Below are positions 48,516 to 58,785 of a stretch of DNA of 64,000 bases, piece after piece. The notes beneath the pieces were generated by a model that saw only the letters and a program-made list of their open reading frames with translations, was not told where the DNA came from and searched no databases. The stretch comes from an uncultured Actinomycetota bacterium (lineage in GTDB: Bacteria > Actinomycetota > Actinomycetes > JAFAQI01), in assembly GCA_963770565.1 (NCBI GenBank), contig CAVYQE010000001.1, positions 64,001 through 128,000 on the forward strand. Direction: 5' to 3'. The position numbers were made by a program, and so were the translations under genes. Positions within the stretch are counted from its first letter, which is position 1; the number at the start of each line of letters is the position of its first letter.

Positions 48516-48685
48516 GGAGCCTGTCCGAGAACCGGTAAATCTTCCGGGCGGCATCGCCAAAAGAGGGTCGGGAGTCGATTTCGCGATGATGCCGGTTGGC
48601 ACTACGGGTCGTTCAGCGAGCGAAATCGACTCCCGACCCCTTTTCGCGGCGAGCATCACGCCGCGGCCCGTTCTTGGACAGGCCA
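48516..48685. mobile_element. MITE family C (~170-185 bp)
   Basis: Ends GAGCCTGTCCGAGAA / TTCTTGGACAGGC around the GGGTCGGGAGTCGATTTCG palindrome; further copy at 60673..60857. Confidence 0.7.
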
Positions 48686-49232
48686 CGGAATTCCTGCGAG
48701 TTGTCATGCCGCGGAGCGGCACTCCGGACTGTGGAAATAGCCGATTTACGAAGGCTTTAGCTGCATTTTTCGGGGGCAATTCCGCTACCAAATACGCCGT
48801 GCTAGCAACCCCGTCGCCAGGCATATTCCCCCTAGCTGCCCCAGTTTTCGGCCCCGATCCGCCTTGCCATTTTCGGGCGATGTGGATATGAATTGTGCCC
48901 GAAATTGGCGTTTCGCGCGATGAAGATGGCCAGAGGGGGGCCATGGTTCCGAATACGAAGTTAGAGGCCGAGGCCGTTTGCCGGCGGTTCCCGATCGCCG
49001 TGTTTCGCAAACGCTCGGGAAGTCGGTTTCGGCAAGCGAGTGCAGGTTCCGAAGGTCGTCCGCGCCTTCGTCGGCGACTCCGGCGAAGGGCATAGTCGCC
49101 GCGTCGTCGAGGTCGGGCCCGCGACGTGGATCGTGGCCAAGCCGCATTGTCTCCAGGGAGCCGTTGGGTGGTCGCATCGGGCGTGAATTCGAGCGGGCTT
49201 CGGCCGCGCGGCGCAGGGGGGCCGCGGCGCGG

Positions 49233-50025
49233 CATGGCTCGCGCTGGCGGCAGCGCTGCTGCTCGCGGGTTGCCGACTCACTCCGACGAACGATCGCGAT
49301 TCGGCGCACCGAATTGTCGAAATTGGCCACCGCCGACTTCCGCGGCGACGTGGTAACGATTCACAACGTCCGGGATTGCGTCTATCGCTCGGAAAACGAT
49401 TTCGACGTTCACTACGAAGACCGCTCGTACCGATCTGTCGAAAGTCGATTCGGTCGATTACATCCTGGTGCCGTTTGCCGACATGCCGCGGGTGGCCCAC
49501 ACGTTTCTCAGCTTCGGCTTTCAGGGAGGCCAATATCTGGCGATCTCGATCGAAGTCCGCCGGCAGCGCGGCGAGGCGTATTCGCCCGTCCGGGATTTCT
49601 TCAACCAGAACGAGATTATTTACGTCGTCGGCGACGAGCGCGATCTGATCCGTCTGCGGACGAATATCCGCAAAGACGACGTCTATCTCTATCATGCCCG
49701 CACCACGCCGGCCGAATCGCAGGCGCTGTTCGTCGATATGCTCGAGCGAGCGAACAAGCTGGCCGTCAAGCCGGAATTCTACAACACGTTGACGAACAAC
49801 TGCACGACGAATCTGGTGGCCCACGTGAACCACGTGATTCCGCACAAGATTCCTTATACCTATCAGGTGCTGCTGCCGGGGCTGTCCGACAGGCTGGCCT
49901 ACAGTCTGGGTCTGATTCAGGCGCACGGCTCCTTCGACGCCACGCGGGCCGAGGCCCGAATCAATCGCTTGGCTTATATCTATCGCGACAGCCCCGATTT
50001 TTCGGAGCGGATTCGCCGGTTTTGA
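49233..50025 (+). CDS. DUF4105-like protein (frameshifted; start uncertain)
   Basis: VTIHNVRDC, AHTFLSFGF, ISIEVRR, GDERDLIRLRT, FYNTLTNNCTTN. Confidence 0.8.
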
Positions 50026-50159
50026 GGCGCCGACGACGCCAAAAAACTCGGCGACGCCAAACGGCGACGCCAAAGGGTCCGGCGACGCCAAAGGGTCGGG
50101 AGTCGATTTCGCAAATCCCGAGGATTTTCGCCTCACCCACTCGAAAACTCAGTACAGCC

Positions 50160-51044
50160 GGTTTTAGGAACACTAATCGGCGCTAATCGCGCTAATTAGC
50201 GCTGATTAGCGAGGATTAGTGTTCCCGATCTGTCATGCCGCCGTGCTTTCTCGCTCTCGGTTTTTCCGTGACCTCGTGTAAAAAACTTGGTTGCGGCCCG
50301 ACGGCTGCGCTATGCAATCTGTGGATGAAAAACATTTCTGGATATTCCGGGTCTTGAGTGGCCCGACAGCCGGCGTTCCGACATATCGTAGACCCCCATC
50401 ACTCCAGGCCGGCAACCCGGCCTGCTGGCACCCTTCTCGCCTCCGAAACACCGCTACGCTTACCATAAGGCGGGATGCGCGAATTGCGAGGATTTTCGTA
50501 TCGCCCACTCAAAACCCAGTACAGCCTTTTCAAGTAGCCGCGGCATTAATGCGGGGGGGACTCGGCAGGGAACGAACGACGGCAGCCCGCTCGGGAGTCG
50601 GAAAAGCTCGTTGAGTTGGCGGCGTTCGGCTGTTCAATTTGCTTATTCGAAAATCCGCGATAATCCGCAATCCGCGGCAAGAAACAAGCATTTTGCCGCG
50701 GATTTCGCGGATCGAGGAAAGCGCGGCAGTCGTCAGTGGGCTTCGCTTCGGCGGCTTCAGCCGTGGGCCGTTTTGTAGATAGTGGCCGCGCCACCTCCAG
50801 CGCCGAGTGGCTAAAGCCGGTCCAAGACGGGTAAGTCCCCTGAAGGGGACTGCAATCGCCGGAGGGAGACGCGGTCCCAGGCATAAATGCCTAGGCTACA
50901 TATAAGGCGGGGGCCGAGGCTATGCGAGACCGACGGGTCGGCCACGACTCGAGTTGCTTCCGAAGCGCACAGCGCACGGAACAAAAACCAACCAAACCGC
51001 CCCGCCCCGACGACCGCAACGAATCGAGCATATTTCACAGCCTA
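50160..51044. mobile_element. Abutting elements: family B copy (50160..50526) next to a truncated, inverted family A copy (50527..51044)
   Basis: 50527..50720 is the reverse complement of ~26100..26305; ends TTTCACAGCCTA at 51044. Confidence 0.7.
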
Positions 51045-51212
51045 CCCCTCGGCGCCCTAGATCCCACGATCGCGCGACGAATTGCTTGGATAAATCAACC
51101 AACTTTGATATGATCCGGGTAGCTCGATCGCGGTTCGAGGAGGTGTTTTGCTCGAGTCGCGGCTGCGGCTTGGTTCCTTCCCGCCTGCTCCTTCTTCCCC
51201 AGGAGTCCCGCC

Positions 51213-52552
51213 ATGCTCACGATTCTCGGACAACCGCAACGGCAGCCGTTTTGCGACGGAGTGAAGCGCCGCGACTTCTTGAAGATCGGCGGCTTGGCGA
51301 TGGGGGGCCTGGCGCTGCCGGATTTGCTCCGGGCCGAGGCGCAGGCCGGCATCCGCGGCTCGCACAAAGCCGTGATCATGATCTTTCTGCCGGGCGGACC
51401 GCCGCATCTCGATTTTCTCGATCTCAAGCCGGATGCCCCGGCCGAAATCCGCGGAGAATTCTCGCCGCGCAAGACGAACGTGCCGGGCGTCGAGATTTGC
51501 GAATTGCTCCCGCGGCTCTCCGGCATGGCCGACAAGTTCGCCGTCGTGCGCACGATCGTCGGGGCGACGGGGAATCACTATTCCTTCCAATGCATGACAG
51601 GCCGCCCGCATCGCCGGCAGCCTCCCGGCGGCTGGCCGTCGATCGGCTCGTGCCTGTCGAAGCTCAAAGGGCCGGTTGATCCCTCGGTGCCCCCGTTCGT
51701 CGGACTGGCGCCGAAAATGGGACACATGCCCTGGGCCGATCCCGGGCAGCCGGGCTTTCTGGGCATTGCCCACGCGGCCTTCCAGCCCTCGGGCAACGGG
51801 CATGCCGACATGGTGCTCAACGGTATTTCGCTCGATCGGCTCCGCAACCGCCAGGCGCTGCTCAAGAGTTTCGACCGCTTTCGCCGCGACGCCGACACAA
51901 CCGGCGCGATGAAAGGGATGGATGCCTTCAATCGCCAGGCGCTCGGCGTGCTCACATCGAGCAAGCTGGCCGACGCGCTCGATCTGTCGAAGGAGGATCC
52001 GCGCCTGATCGAGCGCTATGGCCGCGGCAATCCCAAGAACCGCGCCGATGGCGGGCCGGCACTGATGTCGCACTTTCTCGTCGCCCGCCGCCTGGTCGAA
52101 GCCGGGGCGCGGTGCGTCACCTGCGCGTTCAGCCGCTGGGATTGGCACGGGCAAGACTTCAAGCGGGCCCGCGAGGACATGCCCATGTTGGATCAAGGCG
52201 TGAGCGCGTTGATCGAGGATTTGCACCACCGCGGGCTGGATCGCGATGTGTCGGTCGTCGTGTGGGGTGAATTCGGCCGCACACCGAAGATCAACACCAA
52301 CGCCGGCCGCGACCATTGGCCGCAAGTCAGTTGCGCCTGTTGGCCTGCGGGGGAATGCGCACCGGGCAAGTGATCGGGGCCACCAACCGGCTGGCCGAAT
52401 ATCCGACCGAGCGCCCCGTCACCTTCGGCGAGGTTTTTGCCACGCTGTATCATAATCTGGGGATCGACGTGAACACCACCACGCTGGGCGACCTCTCCGG
52501 CCGCCCGCAATATCTGGTCGATCACGTGCAGCCGATGGCGGAGTTGATTTGA
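51213..52552 (+). CDS. DUF1501 family protein (one frameshift)
   Basis: [48 protein letters not shown]. Confidence 0.92.
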
Positions 52553-52778
52553 TCGCCGCGAGTTTTTCCGACGCGAAAGCCGATCGGCGGCCCGGGCCGA
52601 TCGATTGCCGGGCCGATCGGTTGCCGCGGGCTTCACTGCCCCGTCGCATCGCTTTTGGATTTGCTCAGGGAAGCTGCGAAGTCGAATGCGAAAACCGAAG
52701 ATCGACGTGGAATGAATTCCACCGCAATCCGCAGCATTCGACTTTCCGTAAACTGCCTGTTTGGCATATAACTCCGCC

Positions 52779-55364
52779 ATGAGCTTGGCCATCTTCTCTC
52801 CCGGCGCGTCGGAATCGATCGATCTGTTTGGCGGCTATCAGCCGCTGCCGGGGATTTACGACGAGACATTCGCCGCGCCCGGCGAACTGCGCCCCTGGTG
52901 GCGGCCGTTCGTCGAGTCGATGAACGCGATGGGGCCAGCCGAATTGGGCCGCCGCTGGGAGCAAGCGCAGCGGCTGATTCGCGAAAACGGCGTCACCTAC
53001 AACGTGCATGGCGATCCCCAAGGGAAAGACCGTCCCTGGGAACTCGACGCCATTCCGCTGCTCTTGCCGGCTGCCGAATGGAGCGGCTTGGCGACCGGCC
53101 TCATCCAGCGCGCCCGGCTGCTGAATCTGATTCTGGCCGACGTTTATGGCCCGCAGTCGCTCGTGGCCGAGGGGCATCTGCCGCCGGAGTTGGTGTTCGG
53201 GCATACGGGGTTTCTCCGCCCCTGTCATCGGATTCCCGTGCCCGAGCAAACGCACCTGCATCTCCATGCCGTGCATTTGGCGCGGTCGGCCGACAACGGC
53301 GGTTGGCATGTCCTGTCGGACCGCACGCAGACCCCCTCGGGCGCCGGTTATGCCGTCGAGAATCGGATCGTGATCTCGCGGATGCTGCCGAACAAATTTC
53401 GCGATTGCCGGGTGCAGCGACTGGCGTCGTTTTTCCTGGCGGTCCGCGAAACTCTGCACGGCTTGGCCCAGCGTCATCGCGAGAATCCGCGGATCGTGCT
53501 GCTCAGCCCCGGTCCGAAAAGCCCCACCTATTTCGAAGACGCCTATTTGGCCCGCTATCTGGGATACACGCTGGTCGAAGGGGGGGATCTGACGGTCCGC
53601 GACAACCGCGTCTATCTCAAGACGCTGGGCGGACTGATTCAAGTCGACGTGCTGTTCCGCCGCGTGCCCGACGAGCAATGCGATCCGCTCGAACTCCGCG
53701 GCGATTCGCTGGCCGGGGTGCCCGGCTTGCTCCAGGCGGTGCGCGGGGGCCACGTCGTCGTGGCCAATTCGCTGGGAAGCGGGCTCCTCGAAGCGCCGGC
53801 CCTGTTGGCGTTTCTGCCGGAACTCGCGCGGCGGCTCATCGGCGAGGAATTGCGGATTCCCTCGGTCGCCACCTGGTGGTGCGGGCGGCCGGCCGATCTC
53901 GATCACGTGCTGCACAACATCGAGCACCTGGTCATCAAGCCGGCGTTCAATCTGGCGCGGGCCAGGCCGATCGTCGGCGGCCAACTGTGCCGCGGCGAAT
54001 TGAGCGAATTGGTCGACCGGATCAAGGCCCGGCCGCGGCTCTATGTCGGTCAGCAATGGATCACGCGCTCGACCGCCCCGGTGATGACCGGCGCCGGCTT
54101 GCGGCCCTGGCATGTGGCGCTGCGGGCGTTTTTGGTCGCGGCCGAAGGGTCGTATCAAGTGATGCCCGGCGGGCTGACGCGCGTCTCCGCGGTCGGCGAT
54201 CGGTTGGGCGATTCGATGCTCGCCGGGGAGGGGAGCAAAGACGTGTGGGTGCTTTCCGAAGGGCCGGTCGCGGCGGTGAGCCTGCTCCAATCGCCCGACA
54301 CGCCCATTCCTTTGCGCCGCAGCGGCAACGATCTGCCCAGCCGCGTGGCCGACAATCTCTATTGGCTCGGCCGGCACGTCGAGCGGGCCGAAGCCGCCGT
54401 CCGTCTGTTGCGGGCGATCATTCTGCGGCTCACCAGCGAATCGGAGCCGGCCAATTTGCCGGAGCTGCCTTCGCTGTTGCGGGCGCTGGCCGAGCAGGGA
54501 CAGATTCGGCCGGAGTTCGTGGTTCCCGCGGCGGGCCAGGAGACGCCGCTGGCGGATATGGAGATTCTGGCTTTCATCTTCGATCCGCAGCGGACGGGGA
54601 GCCTGCGGACGACGGTCGATGCGATGCGGCACGTGGCCTCGATCGTGCGCGATCGAATTTCGCTCGATAGCTGGCGCGTGTTGAGCCGCGTCGAGCAGGA
54701 TTTCCTTTCGATTCAGAATCCGGCCGCGGTGCAATTGGGCGACGTGTTGGCGATGCTCAATCAGATGATCGTCGATCTGTCGGCGTTCAGCGGTTTGGGA
54801 ACGGAAAGCATGACGCGGGGCCCCGGCTGGCGGTTTCTCGACATGGGCCGGCGCATCGAGCGCGCCCAACATACGATCAGCCTGCTGCGCAACACACTCA
54901 TCGACGACGGGCACGACGAAAACCCGGTGCTCGAGGCGCTGCTCGAAATTGCCGATAGCTCGATGACCTATCGCAACCGCTATTTGACGACGCTTCGGCT
55001 CGCTCCGTTGCTCGATCTATTGATGACCGACGAGACGAATCCGCGGAGCGTGAGTTTTCAGCTTGTCGCCCTGGCTGGACACGTCGAGAATCTGCCGCGC
55101 GATCGGTCGGAGCCGCTGCTGACGCTCGAACAGCGGATGATGCTGGGCGTCTTGACGAACTTGCGGCTGGCCGATATCGATCAGCTCGGCCAATTGGATC
55201 GCGACGGCGCCCGCCGGCATCTCGATCGCTTGCTCAGCCGCCTGGCCCAGCAACTCCGGACCCTTTCCGACGGCATTACGCATCAGTATCTCGTTCACGC
55301 CGGGCCCTCGCGGCAACTCGCCGAAATCCGGCCCAGCGCGGCGTTGCCGCGGGACACCGAGTGA
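52779..55364 (+). CDS. Circularly permuted type 2 ATP-grasp fused to an alpha-E (DUF403) domain
   Basis: DRTQTPSGAGYAVENR, VMPGGLTRV, SKDVWV, YWLGRHVERAE, GRRIERA, NPRSV. Confidence 0.92.
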   Translation: MSLAIFSPGASESIDLFGGYQPLPGIYDETFAAPGELRPWWRPFVESMNAMGPAELGRRWEQAQRLIRENGVTYNVHGDPQGKDRPWELDAIPLLLPAAEWSGLATGLIQRARLLNLILADVYGPQSLVAEGHLPPELVFGHTGFLRPCHRIPVPEQTHLHLHAVHLARSADNGGWHVLSDRTQTPSGAGYAVENRIVISRMLPNKFRDCRVQRLASFFLAVRETLHGLAQRHRENPRIVLLSPGPKSPTYFEDAYLARYLGYTLVEGGDLTVRDNRVYLKTLGGLIQVDVLFRRVPDEQCDPLELRGDSLAGVPGLLQAVRGGHVVVANSLGSGLLEAPALLAFLPELARRLIGEELRIPSVATWWCGRPADLDHVLHNIEHLVIKPAFNLARARPIVGGQLCRGELSELVDRIKARPRLYVGQQWITRSTAPVMTGAGLRPWHVALRAFLVAAEGSYQVMPGGLTRVSAVGDRLGDSMLAGEGSKDVWVLSEGPVAAVSLLQSPDTPIPLRRSGNDLPSRVADNLYWLGRHVERAEAAVRLLRAIILRLTSESEPANLPELPSLLRALAEQGQIRPEFVVPAAGQETPLADMEILAFIFDPQRTGSLRTTVDAMRHVASIVRDRISLDSWRVLSRVEQDFLSIQNPAAVQLGDVLAMLNQMIVDLSAFSGLGTESMTRGPGWRFLDMGRRIERAQHTISLLRNTLIDDGHDENPVLEALLEIADSSMTYRNRYLTTLRLAPLLDLLMTDETNPRSVSFQLVALAGHVENLPRDRSEPLLTLEQRMMLGVLTNLRLADIDQLGQLDRDGARRHLDRLLSRLAQQLRTLSDGITHQYLVHAGPSRQLAEIRPSAALPRDTE

Positions 55365-55414
55365 CCGTGTGTGACACTGGCCGACCCCCGACCCCCGACC
55401 CCCGACCGCCGACC

Positions 55415-55620
55415 TAGGCTGTGAAAAATGCTCGATTTGTTGCGGTGCCGGGATGGGGTGGTTTGGTTGGTTTCTGTTCCGTCCACGTCCTCGCGCAATT
55501 CCGACGCCGAGATGGCATGAAATTCATCCCGATAGGGATGAACGAACGTTGCGCAGCGCGCTCGACGGAACAAAAACGGCATAAAATCGGATGCGGTCGG
55601 CAATCTCATTTTTCACAGCC
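55415..55620. mobile_element. Short MITE family A copy (206 bp) inside a CCCCGAC tract
   Basis: TAGGCTGTGAAAAATG...CATTTTTCACAGCC; interior is a deletion derivative of 25547..26419. Confidence 0.78.
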
Positions 55621-55712
55621 GACCCCGACCCCGACCCCCGACCCCCGACCCCCGACCCCCGACCCCTGACCTCCGACCCCCGACCCCTGACCCCTGACCT
55701 CCGACCCACCCC

Positions 55713-56597
55713 ATGGATTACAAAATCACGCATACGACCGTCTATTCCTACAGCGAGACGGTGCCGATCTGCCATAATGAAGTGCATCTCACGCCGCGCG
55801 AGCATCCGCGCCAAAAGCGCTTGGCCAATCGCTTGACCGTCCGCCCGCAGCCCGCCACGATCGAGAGCTTGCTCGATTATTTCGGCAATCCGGTGAGCCG
55901 ATTCGCGATCGAGACGGGGCACGAACGGTTGACGGTGGCGGCCACGAGTCGCGTGCGTGTGAGCGAGCCGGCGCCGCCGCCGGCCGGCGGCATGGCATGG
56001 GAAGCGGCGCGCGACCGATTGGCCGCCGATCGCAGTCCGTCGCTGCTCGAAGCCTGCCAATTCGCCTTCGATTCGCCGCACGTGACGACCTCGGCCGAGT
56101 TGGCCACTTATGCGGGGCAATCGTTCGGGCCGGGACGAGGCTGGCTCGACGGGCTGTTGGATTTGACGAGCCGCATTCACCGCGAGTTTCGCTACGATCA
56201 AACGGCCACGACAGTGAGCACTCCGCTCGACGAAGTGCTACGGCTGCGACGCGGCGTGTGTCAGGATTTCGCCCATTTCGAGATCGGCTGCCTACGGTCG
56301 CTGGGACTCGCGGCCCGATATGTCAGCGGCTATCTTGTCACTTCGTCGCCGCCGGGGCAGCCGCGGCTGATCGGGGCCGACGCTTCGCACGCCTGGATTG
56401 CCGCATTTTCGCCGGAGCACGGCTGGATCGACGTCGATCCGACGAACGATCAAATCCCCTCGACCAAGCACATCACGCTCGCCTGGGGGCGCGATTATAG
56501 CGACGTCGCGCCCATCAAAGGGGTGTTCATCGGCGGCGGCCGGCATGGCATGAGCGTTTCGGTCGATGTCGCGCCGCTCTCGGCCGACGAGGGCTGA
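55713..56597 (+). CDS. Transglutaminase family protein
   Basis: GVCQDFAH, ARYVSGYL, SHAW, DPTN, WGRDYSDV. Confidence 0.93.
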   Translation: MDYKITHTTVYSYSETVPICHNEVHLTPREHPRQKRLANRLTVRPQPATIESLLDYFGNPVSRFAIETGHERLTVAATSRVRVSEPAPPPAGGMAWEAARDRLAADRSPSLLEACQFAFDSPHVTTSAELATYAGQSFGPGRGWLDGLLDLTSRIHREFRYDQTATTVSTPLDEVLRLRRGVCQDFAHFEIGCLRSLGLAARYVSGYLVTSSPPGQPRLIGADASHAWIAAFSPEHGWIDVDPTNDQIPSTKHITLAWGRDYSDVAPIKGVFIGGGRHGMSVSVDVAPLSADEG

Positions 56598-56737
56598 ATC
56601 TCCGCGACGCGCGAGCGAACGGCAACGGCGATATTCGATCGGCGGGCGGTCCGCTACAATGAGCCGGCGGCGCCGCCGCCGTCGGCGCCGCCGCCGAATT
56701 CCGTTTGCTCCCACGCACCCCTGTCTGCCCTCCGCCG

Positions 56738-57646
56738 ATGCCCACGAATGCCGCCGAAGCCGATGCCCTGCGTTGGAAAAAATTCCCCGTGCTCGACGAC
56801 GGGTTCGTCTGCCTGGTCGACGTGATGGGAGACGACCAATCGGTCGTGCAGGCGGCCCGCGTGAGCTACGGCGAGGGGACGCGGAAGGTTTCCGACGATC
56901 GGGGGCTGATCCGCTATCTGATGCGGCACCGGCATTCGACGCCGTTCGAAATGGCCGAGATCAAATTCCTGGTCCGCGTGCCGATGGATTGCTGGCGGCA
57001 ATGGATTCGGCATCGCACGGCCAACGTCAATGAATACAGCACCCGCTACTCGCTGGCGATCGACGCCGCCCAGGCGACGACACCCGATCAATGGCGGAGC
57101 CAAGCCGCCGCGAACCGCCAGGGAAGCGGCGCGGCGTTGGACGCGGCCCTCGGCGAGAGTTTATCGGCCGCCGAGGCGCGAGTTTCAAACCCGCGCCCGC
57201 GAGTTGTACGAACAGCGGATCAACGCCGGCGTCGCCCGCGAGCAAGCCCGCAAGGATTTGCCGCTGGCCACGTACACCGAGGCGTATTGGAAGATCGACT
57301 TGCACAACCTGCTGCATTTCCTGTCGCTGCGAATGGACTGCGCATGCCCAATTGGAAATCCGCGACTATGCCGCGACGATCGGCGAGCAGATTCTCCGCC
57401 CGCTGTTCCCGCTGGTGTGGGAGGCGTTCGTCGATTATCGCCTGGAGGCGATGTTCTTGACGCGGCTCGATCGCGAGGTGATCGCGCGGCTGATCGCAGC
57501 GTCTGGCGACCGCGGGCCGAGCACTGCCAACGACGAAGATTTCATGGCCGTGCAGGACTCCACCTGGCTGCGATCTCACCCGCTGCCGCGAGCGGGATGA
57601 ATGTCGCGAAAAGCTGGTACAGCTTGGCTTGATGCAAGACCAGTAA
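56738..57646 (+). CDS. thyX: FAD-dependent thymidylate synthase (frameshifted)
   Basis: [55 protein letters not shown]. Confidence 0.95.
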
Positions 57647-57679
57647 TGATCTGGTATGATTGAGTGTGGGGAGGCGTAT

Positions 57680-57928
57680 ATGAACCTAATTCTCAACCTG
57701 CCGCCGGAAACCGAAGCCAGACTTCGCCTCGTCTCCGTGCAATCCGGGAAAGCGCCGGAGGCCTTGGCCTTGGAAGCACTCGATGAGAAACTTTGCGGCG
57801 AATCCGGCTTGAAGCCAACGATTCCCCACGACGAATGGCTGCGGCACTTCGACGCCTGGGTGAGCAGCCTCACATCGCGGAATCCGCAGGTTGATGATTC
57901 GCGTGAGAGCATCTATCCGGATCGCTGA
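57680..57928 (+). CDS. Putative VapB-like antitoxin
   Basis: GGAGG RBS; MNLILNLPPETEARL N-terminus; C-terminal DDSRESIY. Confidence 0.6.
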   Translation: MNLILNLPPETEARLRLVSVQSGKAPEALALEALDEKLCGESGLKPTIPHDEWLRHFDAWVSSLTSRNPQVDDSRESIYPDR

Positions 57929-57930
57929 TA

Positions 57931-57978
57931 ATGCTTGTTCCGGCTGACACAAACGGTCTCTTGTTGCCAGCCGCCTAG
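57931..57978 (+). pseudogene. Truncated PIN/VapC toxin stub
   Basis: MLVPADTNGLL resembles the PIN-domain N-terminal DTN motif; stops after 15 codons. Confidence 0.45.
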
Positions 57979-58040
57979 AATAACTGCAAAGCACAGTCGT
58001 GTGATCGTTCTGTCTCCAGCCCAAAAACGGGATCAATCTG

Positions 58041-58706
58041 ATGAATTATCGCGATTGGACCGACCGCGTGCGCTTGTTCTCTGAATCATTGCGAAGACTT
58101 CCCGGGGACATTGAAGTGTCCATAGAGATCGCGCCACCCGTTTCCCAGCGCGAACTCGACGAACTCTCGCCAAAGTGGCCGACGGGAATTCCGGAATCCT
58201 TGCGCAAGCTGTGGACCGAAGGTTCTGCGCAGATCAATTGCCCGTATTACTGGGAGCCACCCAGCTACCAGCTTGCTGAGTTGAAAAGCGTCTTCGACTA
58301 CAACAACTACATTTACGGGGGCGCTCGATTCTATCCCCCCAACGAGGTTTTTCCAGGCAATTCTGGAGCCGAGATTGACGATCTGCTAGTTCGCGAAACG
58401 CTTGGCAAATTCGGACAGGAGCTGTGGTGCCGCTCCGCCGTCTTTCTGCACGTGGGCAATGGGGATTGCCTTGGTCTCGATCCCGAGAGCAATTCGGTCG
58501 ATCCTAGAGTTGCGTACTTGCTCCACGACGGCGAGGAAACCGACTATATTGCCGATTCCTTTTCCGAGTTCCTGGCAACGTGGGAGGAGGTCTCTTACAT
58601 CGGCCCTGAAATCTGGCTGCTGGATTATTGGATCGATCCCGCCACGCAGCGGATTGATCCGAATCGTTACAAGACCGGCACACTTCGTAAACTGCTGACG
58701 CCGTAG
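58041..58706 (+). CDS. SMI1/KNR4 family protein
   Basis: PPVSQREL...[27 protein letters not shown]. Confidence 0.75.
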   Translation: MNYRDWTDRVRLFSESLRRLPGDIEVSIEIAPPVSQRELDELSPKWPTGIPESLRKLWTEGSAQINCPYYWEPPSYQLAELKSVFDYNNYIYGGARFYPPNEVFPGNSGAEIDDLLVRETLGKFGQELWCRSAVFLHVGNGDCLGLDPESNSVDPRVAYLLHDGEETDYIADSFSEFLATWEEVSYIGPEIWLLDYWIDPATQRIDPNRYKTGTLRKLLTP

Positions 58707-58785
58707 TCCTGACTGTGCGCATTGTCGCTGTCGGTTCAATTCCGATCGAGTCATAAATTCCAAATTGCGCACTCATCGTTCGTTC

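Noticed and set aside
48400-48520. Moco riboswitch or ModE box upstream of modA
   Set aside because: No recognisable consensus by eye, and the adjacent sequence is a family C MITE
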